Origin: Nitrososphaerales archaeon
Lineage (GTDB): Archaea > Thermoproteota > Nitrososphaeria > Nitrososphaerales > UBA213
NCBI GenBank assembly: GCA_965197925.1
Contig: CBDAOC010000019.1
Span: 528,053-592,052 of the forward strand
Direction of reading: 5' to 3'
DNA: 64,000 bases
In this document: one piece after another, positions 32,161-41,934 of the stretch
Numbering within the stretch: the first letter of the stretch is position 1
How the letters are laid out: each line of letters starts with the position of its first letter
The notes under the pieces: generated by a model
Database searches by the model: none
What the model was told of the DNA's origin: nothing
Seen by the model: only the letters and a program-made list of their open reading frames with translations
Program-made: the position numbers and the translations under genes

Positions 32161-32954
32161 ATGTATTGGAAGTTCAGAATGTATCAATTGGATACAACGG
32201 AAATCTGGCCTTACATAAAATCAACTTTACTGTAGAACAAGGTGATCTTGTAGGCATTGTTGGGCCAAATGGGGCAGGAAAAACTAGCTTATTTAGAGCA
32301 ATCCTTGGATTACAAAATTTCCAGGGTAAGATAAAATTGTTCGGGTATGAAGGGAAACAATATTCCCGATTGCTCCCAATGGTAGGTTACGTTCCCCAAA
32401 AAGTATACTTCGAACCAAACTTTCCTGCAACTGTTTCTGATGTAGTTTCGATGGGTATGCTATCAGAAAAGGAATTGGTTGGGCGTGCTGCATTATTGCA
32501 GAATTATGATTTTCACTGGAATAGACCATACAAACCTTCAAACAAGGGAAAAGAAAGGGTAAATGAAGCACTAAAGATCGTTGGGTTGGAATCATATATA
32601 GATAAAAGAATTGGTGAACTCTCTGGAGGAGAACAGCAACGCACCTTCATCGCAAAGGCAATAGTTAACGATCCATTGTTATTGATACTGGACGAACCAG
32701 TTACTGGTATTGATGTAAAAGTACAGAACAGATTTTACACTTTGCTTAGAAAAATAAATGAGGAGAACAAAATTACCATTGTATGGGCTTCACATGACCT
32801 CACGGCAATTTCACAACTGGCAAACAAAGTAGCATGTATTAACAGAAGTCTATTTTTTCATGGAGAAAAGAATGAATTTTTCACAAATAAGGACTTGTTG
32901 ACAATTTACACTGAATCAGCCATGCAGTTGCATATGCATGATCATGACTTGTGA
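32151..32954 (+). CDS. znuC: Metal ABC transporter ATPase
   Basis: GPNGAGKT, LSGGEQQR and LILDEP; His-rich tail. Confidence 0.88.
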   Translation: MYMNVLEVQNVSIGYNGNLALHKINFTVEQGDLVGIVGPNGAGKTSLFRAILGLQNFQGKIKLFGYEGKQYSRLLPMVGYVPQKVYFEPNFPATVSDVVSMGMLSEKELVGRAALLQNYDFHWNRPYKPSNKGKERVNEALKIVGLESYIDKRIGELSGGEQQRTFIAKAIVNDPLLLILDEPVTGIDVKVQNRFYTLLRKINEENKITIVWASHDLTAISQLANKVACINRSLFFHGEKNEFFTNKDLLTIYTESAMQLHMHDHDL

Positions 32955-33835
32955 TCGTTATGGTCTTGGATATTTTTACTTATGGTTTTATGCAACGAGC
33001 GATAATTTCGGGCATTACTATAGCAGTCATCTGTTCCTTGGTAGGTTTATTTTTGGTACTAAGAAGGTATTCTCTCTTTGGTGATGCTTTATCACATATG
33101 GCGTTTGGAGGGATATCTTTAGGTTTATTTCTGAATGTTTATCCGTTATGGACTGCTTTTGTGGTATCCCTTCTTAGTGCCCTTGGAATCACTAAACTTA
33201 GGAAGAACGCCAAAATATCAGGTGATGCAGCTGTTGCGGTATTACTATCATCTGGACTTGCAATTGGAGTATTGTTGGTCAGTGCTTCAAAAGGATTTAC
33301 TGTTGATCTCTTTAGCTTCCTTTTTGGTAGCATCTTGCTAACTACTTTGGAAGATACTTTGCTTATTGTAACTATAGGTGCGGGGATAGTTGTAACTGTA
33401 ATAACCTTCAGAAAGCAACTGTTGTATGTTACTTTCGACGAGGAGCAGGCACAGGTAAGTGGATTACCAATTGACAAACTGAATTATGTATTTATGATCT
33501 TGGCATGTGTAACTGTGATTACATCGATGCGTCTGGTTGGAATCCTTTTAATATCAGCGTTAATAGTGTTGCCTAACATAACAAGCATCTTGATGGGTAA
33601 GGGATTTAAGAAGACAGTCATGATTTCGATTTCTTTGTCAGTGACAGCTGTAGTGAGTGGAATAATTCTATCCTACTACCTTGATCTAGCGCCATCAGGA
33701 ACTATAGTTATGATGTCTGTCGTAATGTTCCTGGGTACCTTGTTAGCAAAATCTTTGGGTCTCTTTTCGAAAAAAAATTATGTAAAAGAAATGGATGTTC
33801 CCAGAGATCATCAAAAAAGTGAACATTCTGCTTAG
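32951..33835 (+). CDS. znuB: Metal ABC transporter permease
   Basis: GDALSHMAFGG and FLFGSIL motifs. Confidence 0.88.
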   Translation: MIVMVLDIFTYGFMQRAIISGITIAVICSLVGLFLVLRRYSLFGDALSHMAFGGISLGLFLNVYPLWTAFVVSLLSALGITKLRKNAKISGDAAVAVLLSSGLAIGVLLVSASKGFTVDLFSFLFGSILLTTLEDTLLIVTIGAGIVVTVITFRKQLLYVTFDEEQAQVSGLPIDKLNYVFMILACVTVITSMRLVGILLISALIVLPNITSILMGKGFKKTVMISISLSVTAVVSGIILSYYLDLAPSGTIVMMSVVMFLGTLLAKSLGLFSKKNYVKEMDVPRDHQKSEHSA

Positions 33836-33864
33836 AATATAGATTATAACTGCTAAGAAATGAG

Positions 33865-33956
33865 TGCTCCGGCCGGGATTTGAACCCGGGATCCGCGGCT
33901 CGAAAGGCCGCTATGCTTGACCGGGTTGTGCAGCATCTCTTCTACACCACCGGAGC
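33865..33956 (-). tRNA. tRNA-Glu(TTC) with a 16-nt intron at position 15/16 (intron 33926-33941)
   Basis: Acceptor GCTCCGG/CCGGAGC, anticodon arm GCGGC-CTTTCGA-GCCGC and T arm CCGGG-TTCAAAT-CCCGG. The D-loop insert AAGAGATGCTGCACAA forms a BHB motif. Confidence 0.93.
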
Positions 33957-34034
33957 ACAGGCATGCGAAGAGTTAGTTGCAATAAAATCTTTTCCAGCAT
34001 AAGATTTTTTTAGGGGGATATTGACTGTAAATCT

Positions 34035-34667
34035 ATGATTATAAAGAGAATAGATGAAGAAATAGAGAATAGGAGTCTTCTAAAACATCCTTTTTACCAG
34101 ATGTGGTCGGAAGGCAAGCTAAGCATCCCAGCACTTCAAGGGTATGCAAAGGAGTACTTCCATTTGGTTAAGGCTGTACCTATGATGGTTGAGCGCTTGT
34201 CAATTCTAAACGATGATGAGAATATTCTAGATATTCTACAGGATGAGAAGGAGCATATTCAACCATGGGTAAAGTTTGCAGGTGCTTTAGGAGTTAATAG
34301 AGAGGAGCTTGAGGGTTACTGCGTGTCAGCAAAAACACGGGAGTCCATAAATAAGATGTTGAATCTTATGGGAACCTTTGAGAACGGTATTGCTGCATTG
34401 TATTCTTACGAGGCTGCTATTCCCAAGATAAGCAGGGCAAAGATTGATGGTCTTGCCAAGTTTTACGACATTGTTGATGATGACGCAACTGAATACTTTA
34501 GGATTCATGAAACTGTGGATTTAAAGCATTCTGCCGTGTGGCGAAACAAGCTTGAAAGTCTTCCAGCTGACAGGCAAGAAGATGCATACAATGGCGCAGT
34601 ATCGTCGCTGATTGCACAAAATACACTTCTTGACGCAATATGTGAAGAGTATGTAAAACCAATGTAG
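34035..34667 (+). CDS. PqqC/CADD/TenA-like heme-oxygenase-fold protein
   Basis: LLKHPFYQMW, DEKEH, YSYE and YFRIHETVDLKH di-metal ligands. Confidence 0.8.
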   Translation: MIIKRIDEEIENRSLLKHPFYQMWSEGKLSIPALQGYAKEYFHLVKAVPMMVERLSILNDDENILDILQDEKEHIQPWVKFAGALGVNREELEGYCVSAKTRESINKMLNLMGTFENGIAALYSYEAAIPKISRAKIDGLAKFYDIVDDDATEYFRIHETVDLKHSAVWRNKLESLPADRQEDAYNGAVSSLIAQNTLLDAICEEYVKPM

Positions 34668-35221
34668 TATGAGTATGAATATATAATCCATTATTTCTTA
34701 TAAAATTTGTTCTTCACAACTGACAGGGTTGGATCTTGCATGGTTTGTTACTGGCAAATAACTATACTTCAGATTATTCCATTTTAGCATATACCTGACA
34801 AATTATCTGTTATAATCCAAATTTTTCTAAAAGATATTACCATTAGAAGAAATATACTTTAGGTTTATCACTATTGTTGGTACATGGGTGAGTATTGTAT
34901 TATCACTATGGATTATTCCAATTAATGCCTTGTATTTTGGAAGGTCTCCAAAATACAAGACTAATGAATGTGATAGAGAGAACATTACGTATGATGTTAG
35001 TTGAATTGTTTATCAATAGTTCAAGTATCTTCAGAAAGAAGGTAAATCCTTTGCTTAGCCAATGTATTAACTGAAGGGCAATAGAACTCAGGAATAATTG
35101 GCCTTGGTCAAATTATGACTTTATTAAAAGACTATTAACACATAAGCAAAATATATAGGGTTTGATTCAATGAAAATATAGGCCTAATGTAAGATGTTAC
35201 GAAATGGGTCGAAAGCTAGGA

Positions 35222-35331
35222 GGGCCCGTAACTACTGCGAAAAAGTAGAGGGAAGCTTAGCCTGGCAGAGCGACCGGCTCATAATGATATGAGAAACCGG
35301 TAGGTCAAGGGTTCAAACCCCTTCGGGCCCA
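35222..35331 (+). tRNA. tRNA with CAT anticodon, probably tRNA-Ile2, with two introns (9/10: 35231-35254; 37/38: 35284-35295)
   Basis: Acceptor GGGCCCG/CGGGCCC-A, D arm GCTT-AGCCTGGCA-GAGC, anticodon arm ACCGG-CTCATA^A-CCGGT and T arm AAGGG-TTCAAAC-CCCTT. Both inserts form BHB motifs. A GGGCCC acceptor is typical of archaeal tRNA-Ile. Confidence 0.9.
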
Positions 35332-35470
35332 CTCGTTTATTAGGTGTAAACAATTTTCACTTATCTGGGAGATTTTTGGTCATATCAATTTAGCCCCTGA
35401 ATTTTTCCAATTAGAGTGATTACCCAGAATATAATCACTAATTATCCATTTCGATCTTAAGGAATTAGTT

Positions 35471-36562
35471 GAGGCTTGGGCGTAATTTAGTTCGAAACGA
35501 TAAGATCAGGTTTCAATTTTCATTGGTAATATGTTTAGCTTAGACTCCATACTTCTTCGTATATTATTTTTGATTGACGTGATTCGGACAAAACCTAATA
35601 GGAAAAGGGGTAGACCATTCTACTATTCTCCTACAGTTATGGTAGATGCTTCATCGTTAGAGTATGGATAAGAATACCAGGCAACAATGCTTTGCATGAA
35701 TACTTTTCGATAGACATGCCATACAACAGGAGAGTTATGGAATCATGTAGTCTTGATAGGTTGCCAGATAAAAGAACATTCGATAGAAGGTTCAAGGCCG
35801 TATCAATTGACATAAGATCAAGGATAGATGTTATGGGTATGCTCTTCATAAAAGATGGGTTGGTAGACCCAGCCATAGTATCCGTTGACAGTTCATTGTT
35901 GAAAGCAAAGGGACATGTATGGCATAGATCAAACATGAAGAAGAATGAAGTGCCACGCTCCGGTATAGATACAGATGCTCGATGGGGCTACAGCAGAACC
36001 AAGGGATGGGTATTCGGATACAAGATGCATCTAGCATGTAGTACTGGTTCGTTGATAGTTCCATTATCAGCTGATTTCACAACAGCTAACATTACTGATA
36101 ACAAGATGTATGAAAGCATAACATCTTCATTGCCTACAGGAATGGTAAAGTATGTTGTAGGAGATGAAGGATATGATGATCACAAGTTATGTGATTTCAA
36201 CAGGTATAGAGGGCATCCAGTATTCCCATTGGAAAGGTATAGGCATACTACAGATAATAATAGACTGGCATTGCTGCAGTTCTATAACTCTGAATTTGGA
36301 CAGCATGTATATTCTCGGAGGAGCATAAGCGTTGAGCCATTGATAGAGCATATGAAGGATGTATTTACCATAGATCCATTGCCAGTTAGAGTGTTCGATA
36401 AAGCTAGGAGCATCGTTCTGATTTCTATATTGCTATACCAGCTGATGGTATACTACAACTACTTGACAGGAAGACCATTAAGGGCATTGAAGCATATGTT
36501 GGGAAGTTAATCAATCAGAGGCATCAAGTTATTTTTGTTATATGGAATAATGCCCATGCCTC
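35471..36562 (+). mobile_element. IS type B (DDE transposase, IS5-like), full length, transposase frameshifted
   Basis: Imperfect TIRs GAGGCTTGGGCGTAAT / GAGGCATGGGCATTAT and an 8-bp target duplication AATTAGTT. The ORF runs from ATG 35531 to 36510 with a frameshift near 35643. Motifs SVDSS, GYKMHL, GDEGYD and RSISVE. Confidence 0.93.
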
Positions 36563-36683
36563 AATTAGTTATTAAATCTAATACCCCCCTCTAGTTCTTT
36601 TGGATTGAAGCCAAATCATATCAATGTTATCAGCCAAATCTATAAGGAAGGATATTCTTCAAGATTAGTAAGGTGTACTTTGG

Positions 36684-36917
36684 TTGGCGAAAGTGTATGT
36701 ATTGATAGCCGTGGATGCTGGCTATGAAGATGTTGTAGTTAATCAGATCAGAGCCATTCAAGGTGTGGTAGAGGCACATGTAGTTTTATCTGGTGCTACT
36801 GATATAATAGCAGAAATAGAAAGGGATGATAAAGAAAGTATACGTAGTATTGTTCATGATAAAATCAGAAAAATATCACAGGTGAGATCAACGCATGTGA
36901 ACACTGTAATGGATTAG
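36684..36917 (+). CDS. Lrp/AsnC ligand-binding (RAM) domain protein
   Basis: 77 aa; GVVEAHVVLSGATDIIAEI...KIRKISQVRST. Confidence 0.85.
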   Translation: MAKVYVLIAVDAGYEDVVVNQIRAIQGVVEAHVVLSGATDIIAEIERDDKESIRSIVHDKIRKISQVRSTHVNTVMD

Positions 36918-37675
36918 ATTTTTGAGCTATGATTTATTGCAATATAGGTATATTCTTAAGGTTGAGTAAGTTTATTATTTCTTATTACCATGAACTATTA
37001 GGTAAGCCATAGTTCTGTAGCATTATTCTGTTCATCTTGTATTTTGAATTACTATGATACCTTGTGCAGATCCAGCCGAGGTATATTAATCCAAAAATGC
37101 ATCCTCATCATAATTACTCCTTGTCCATTCATCATAGTTCGATTCAAGGGAATGTTTTATCTAACAAACCAAGAATAATTTATTACCTTTAGACCTATTA
37201 AGAGATTAGGAAGAGCCTTTACCTGTATTAATTCTATAGACCGGTGTGATTATGATAGCAAGTTCATGAAGAGACTCGGTGACTGATGATGGAATTACAG
37301 TTTAGGTTTTCGGAATATGGATATGAGTTCAAATGGGGGTTTGTAGTAAAAGGAGTAAGCAGATTTTTTCATGATTGAAAATGGGCGATGCTATTGTGAA
37401 TTTATCCCCATAAAATAATGATATTTTTACCTCGAATCAGGAATGATTTTACTAACAGTTTGCAACATAATGGTACTCTTACCCTTGAAATTTAATGGAT
37501 AATAACTTATCCTCCTTTCCTAGTTCTGCCTGTTTTAATTATACTAATGTTAAACAACCATTAGACTTGAGGCTTGACTAGAAATTCATGGTCATTCAGT
37601 ACCTATTCTTCTTCTCAGCTCTGATATCAAAGCAGATATTCTAACATGGTGGTCAATCTCTTGATCCTGACATAT

Positions 37676-37752
37676 CTCCTCGTATGTTCCATACTTTATC
37701 TCAAATGCATGAACTCCTCGTATGTTCCATACTTTATCTCAAATGCATGAAC
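37676..37752. repeat. 38-bp perfect tandem duplication
   Basis: CTCCTCGTATGTTCCATACTTTATCTCAAATGCATGAA at 37676 and 37714. Confidence 0.92.
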
Positions 37753-37864
37753 CTTTGCTAAATCCAAGTTATCAATTAGTTCAAGCACATCTTGATATAA
37801 CCTGATCTGATTTTTAGCTTCTGTTGCAATGTTTTGTTTCAACTCTTCCAGGGAACAACATTCT

Positions 37865-38742
37865 CAACTCATCTCAAAACTAACCATTTAGACAATTTTT
37901 AGTGACCATTTAGATCCATGAATAGCTACATCTAAAATTATTTTATGAAATTCCAAGAATTATCAGACAAACAGTGGAGTATGATGGAATCACACATACC
38001 ACCACATGCAAAAACTGGCAGGCCTAGGGATGATGATAGAAAAATCATTAACGGAATAATCCATGTTCTAACTACTGGACGCCGATGGGACGATATGCCA
38101 AAAAGATACGGTGATGATTCTACTGCAAACAGAAGGTTAAACAAATGGCAACAAAAAGGAATCTGGAAAAAGATTCTATCGCGTACTATTCACTCAGCAC
38201 ATAAATCTGGCAAAATTAATCTACAAAAAATATCAGTTGACTCTTCATCCATTCCTGATAAAAAAGGGGCGATGTAACTGGATATAATGGATTCAAGAGA
38301 ATAACAGGTACAAAAATACATGCCGCAGTAGAGGGTAACGGATTTCCAATATCCATACTGTTGAGTCCAGCAAATGAACATGACAGTACAAAATGCATGG
38401 ATGTTACAGGATCAATTTCAGACTATCTTGATGATGATTCAATACAACAGATAGAACCAGTTTATGCAGACAAAGGGTATGATGCAAAATACATCAGAAT
38501 GTATTTGTGGGATAGAAATATTGCATGTTGCATCCCATACAAAATAAATTCCAAGTTCATCTTTCAAAATAATGATTACAAACATTACAGCAAGACAAGA
38601 TTTGTAGTTGAGAGATTCCTTGCATGGCTCAAGAATGGATTTCACAGAACAAGAACCAGGTATGAAAGAACGGCAGAAAACTACCTGGCATTTGTTAATC
38701 TTGCATCATTTTTGATGTATTGTAGGGTTTTGAGATGAGTTG
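37865..38742 (+). mobile_element. IS5-family element type A, copy 3 (the only copy with intact orfA and orfB)
   Basis: 16-bp TIRs and TCT target duplication. orfA is 37945-38277. orfB is in the -1 frame to 38738 with an intact ADKGYD. Confidence 0.96.
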
Positions 38743-39214
38743 TCTAAATGAGTAAATTTTATCCTATCCAATTCTCTGATATCAATTGGTAAATTATAAT
38801 TCGAATGGTTCATCTGATTCCCACAGATTTCACAAATTGACATATCCGATGATATTGCTCATTCGCATAAAATAATCCATCAAAGTGAAATAAATTAGTT
38901 CAGTTCAAGAATGAGATAAACCATCAAATGCAATATCCTATTTCAAATTGTGCATATAAGGATATGGGTTAATCGATTGAATGTTCTTGTTGAGGACTTT
39001 CAGAACTACTGAGTTAATCACGTTCTTACTTTGAGGCTTATGAAGAACTATCAATATAGTTTTCTTCTTGGCAATGGGTTAAGTGTAGAAAAGTCGATAA
39101 TTCTAATTCAAGATTAATTAACTGTTAGTAGAACGGTTTAAGTATTCTGATTCTAGATTGAAATCTTGAATTTCTCAAGAAAAAGATATAACCTTCACCA
39201 AGGTAAGAAACTGG

Positions 39215-40084
39215 ATGGTAAAGACTGAAAGATTTTCTGGATTAAACGCTGACCTCGAACGAATTGCAACAAGGGTAGAAACCTATCTCCAGGAAAATAA
39301 TTTCGAAGTGGCATTCTCCAAGGATCCTACGGAACCAGCTTCCTGGTTCTTTATTCAAGCAAGAAAAGCCGGAGCTTTGAGAACTGCTGCTGGTGCGAGG
39401 CGTAGTACAGACATTATCATAAAGGGAGAACCAAAGAGCTTTGAAGTAACCATAGGAACTGGAGAATGGGGTAAGAACATGCTTACATCGGTTCCATTGT
39501 TCATAGTTCCAGTTTTCGGTATTGTAGCAACCGTAGCAAAACTTTACAGTGCAAAGAAGTTTGAAAGCAATTTGTGGGCATATATCAAGGATCAGGCAAG
39601 GTTTCTCGGCAACAGTGCCATCAAGCTAAGTACAGAGTCAGATTCTAGAGAATATGACTGCGATTATGTAGAAGCATATCCTGGTTGGAAGTCACAAGTA
39701 ACAGGTAAACTACTTTTGGAGAGACATAGGGATGGAAAGAACAGAATTCTTTTCAGGGGAGATTCAAAAGAGATTGTTATTCCTGCTGAGAAGATCTCCA
39801 AGGCTCAAATTATATCGAGGAAGAAGGGTCTTCATGAAGATGATTTAATGATACAGATCATTTGTAAGGATGCTAATAACAGATCTGTTAAACCTATCTT
39901 CAATCTTAATGATGATATAATAAGTGGTGTTTTGGGGGGAATGAACGAATTGGTTGGAGAGGATATAATCCTCAAGAATATAGAGCATGTGAAAGTGATA
40001 ACTGATGTGAAGTTTTGCACGGAATGTGGTGCTGAGATACCCAAGACGGGAAAGTTTTGTTCCAATTGTGGTGTATCTCAGTAG
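39215..40084 (+). CDS. Hypothetical protein with a C-terminal zinc ribbon
   Basis: FCTECGAEIPKTGKFCSNCG. Confidence 0.8.
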   Translation: MVKTERFSGLNADLERIATRVETYLQENNFEVAFSKDPTEPASWFFIQARKAGALRTAAGARRSTDIIIKGEPKSFEVTIGTGEWGKNMLTSVPLFIVPVFGIVATVAKLYSAKKFESNLWAYIKDQARFLGNSAIKLSTESDSREYDCDYVEAYPGWKSQVTGKLLLERHRDGKNRILFRGDSKEIVIPAEKISKAQIISRKKGLHEDDLMIQIICKDANNRSVKPIFNLNDDIISGVLGGMNELVGEDIILKNIEHVKVITDVKFCTECGAEIPKTGKFCSNCGVSQ

Positions 40085-40180
40085 AAATTGTTTTAACCTC
40101 GCGTGGTAATTTACCCTGCCAAGCCAATTGAAGTGTATAAAATCGTAAGATATTCATGGTAGATAATTATATGAAATCAT

Positions 40181-41281
40181 ATGGGTATTCCCGAAAAGAT
40201 TCAGGCAATAAAGGACGAAATGCGAAAGACACAGGTTAACAAAGCAACTGAACATCACCTAGGATTACTAAAGGCAAAACTTGCAAAGCTTAATACTGAA
40301 CTGGAGAAGAACGTTCAACTTAAGACTGGTAAATCAAAAGGAGGGCATTTCGACGTACGCAGGACTGGTGACGCCACCGTGGTTCTAATAGGCCTTCCCA
40401 GCGTTGGAAAATCTACTCTACTAAATCATCTAACAAACGCAAAATCCAAGATAGCAACATATCAATTCACCACATTAACTGTAGTACCTGGAATCATGGA
40501 ATATAGGGGTGCAAGGATCCAGATCTTGGATTTACCGGGAATTATTGAAGGGGCTTCCTCTGGTAAAGGAGTAGGGAAACGAATCTTATCTGTTGCAAGG
40601 AACGCTGATCTAATCCTCCTTATTCTGGATGTGTTTAATCCTAATCATGCGGAGTTGTTGAAGAAAGAGCTTAGAAATATGGGGATACGTATAGACGAAA
40701 ATCCTCCGGATGTTATTATAGAACAAACATCTTCGGGAGGAATTGTGATGAATACTCAAGTCAAGATAAAGATTACTGACAAGCTTATCAGAGACATTTT
40801 GCATGTTTATGGGGTTCATAACTGTAGGGTGATCATAAGACAAGATTTTACAGATGAACAACTTATCGACGTGTTAGTAGGAAATAGAACCTATGTTAGA
40901 TCGCTGGCTGTTCTTAATAAGGTAGATCTAGTAAATCAAGGATTCATTAATGAAATACAAGGTGGTGTTAAGACAAAATTCCTTCCAATATCTGCAGATA
41001 TGGATATGAATATTGAAGCATTGAAGGAATCCATCTTCAATGAATTAGATTTAATACGCATCTATATGAGACCAAAGAATGGAGAGCCCGATTATAAAGA
41101 CCCTTTGATAGCTAGAAACGGTTCTACAATTCTACAAGTATGCGATAAGATTCATAGAAATATGAAAGATGAATTCAGGTACGCCTTGGTCTGGGGGAAA
41201 AGTGTAAAGTTTGCCGGTCAGAAGGTTGGAGTTAATCATAGATTAATTGATGAAGATGTATTGACGATAGTGAAAAAATGA
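40181..41281 (+). CDS. DRG/OBG-family GTPase with TGS domain
   Basis: NKATEHHLGLLKAKLA, GLPSVGKS, DLPG, NKVD and WGKSVKF. Confidence 0.95.
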   Translation: MGIPEKIQAIKDEMRKTQVNKATEHHLGLLKAKLAKLNTELEKNVQLKTGKSKGGHFDVRRTGDATVVLIGLPSVGKSTLLNHLTNAKSKIATYQFTTLTVVPGIMEYRGARIQILDLPGIIEGASSGKGVGKRILSVARNADLILLILDVFNPNHAELLKKELRNMGIRIDENPPDVIIEQTSSGGIVMNTQVKIKITDKLIRDILHVYGVHNCRVIIRQDFTDEQLIDVLVGNRTYVRSLAVLNKVDLVNQGFINEIQGGVKTKFLPISADMDMNIEALKESIFNELDLIRIYMRPKNGEPDYKDPLIARNGSTILQVCDKIHRNMKDEFRYALVWGKSVKFAGQKVGVNHRLIDEDVLTIVKK

Positions 41282-41360
41282 GTGTGTGAATTATTGATTC
41301 TTTTTATAGGAACTTTCATACATGAAACACTTTTAAATTGCAATCCTATCTTCCTGCTTT

Positions 41361-41924
41361 ATGCGTAAAGGAAAGACTGCAAAGTTTAAGAAGAAGAAAA
41401 GAAAGGGCCAGTTCATTGCAATAGGAGTGATTGCTGCGCTTGCAATTGGATTAGGTTTTGGTCTTTACAATTATATGCAGCATCCTCCACGCAGTGCAGG
41501 TTTTGGAGCAATTGGTTCCGCACATGAGCATGCAGCTTTCAAACTCTTCATCAATAACGAGGAACCTGTTGATTTCTCATTACCTCAGTACCAGGTCACA
41601 ACTAGGTTTATACACTTTGAGGACAATAATAGTGTTATAACACATAGACATGCAAGCGGTGTGGACCTAGGGTTTCTGTTTGAATCTTTAGGCATGGAAT
41701 TCGATGAAAAGTGTATCTCGTTAACCAATGCTACCAGTTACTGCAGCGAAGCAGATCAAAAGCTGAAGTTCTTCGTCAATGGAACAAGGAATGATAAGTA
41801 TGACAAGTATATTTTGAATGATGGAGATAGGATCTTACTAAGTTTTGGTAGTGAATCGGAAGAGCAGATCAAGGATCAGCTTAATGCATTGGATCTCATT
41901 CCTGTCCCTACGGGTCAGCAATAG
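41361..41924 (+). CDS. Membrane-anchored conserved hypothetical protein (His motifs)
   Basis: Basic N-terminus and TM helix; AHEHA, FIHFE and THRHA motifs. Confidence 0.75.
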   Translation: MRKGKTAKFKKKKRKGQFIAIGVIAALAIGLGFGLYNYMQHPPRSAGFGAIGSAHEHAAFKLFINNEEPVDFSLPQYQVTTRFIHFEDNNSVITHRHASGVDLGFLFESLGMEFDEKCISLTNATSYCSEADQKLKFFVNGTRNDKYDKYILNDGDRILLSFGSESEEQIKDQLNALDLIPVPTGQQ

Positions 41925-41934
41925 AAACACTTAA

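Larger units (their letters stand above)
37592..38843 (-). pseudogene. Small zinc-binding protein gene split by IS type A copy 3 and a 38-bp duplication
   Basis: Removing the IS, one TSD copy and the duplication restores MSICEICGNQ...FTHLECCSLEELKQNIATEAK...ELRRRIGTE*. Confidence 0.7.

Noticed and set aside
35222..35331. tRNA-Met, or a 5'-truncated tRNA pseudogene/att site
   Set aside because: The 5' acceptor strand is present upstream of a BHB intron. The GGGCCC acceptor fits Ile2 better than initiator (A1-U72) or elongator Met.
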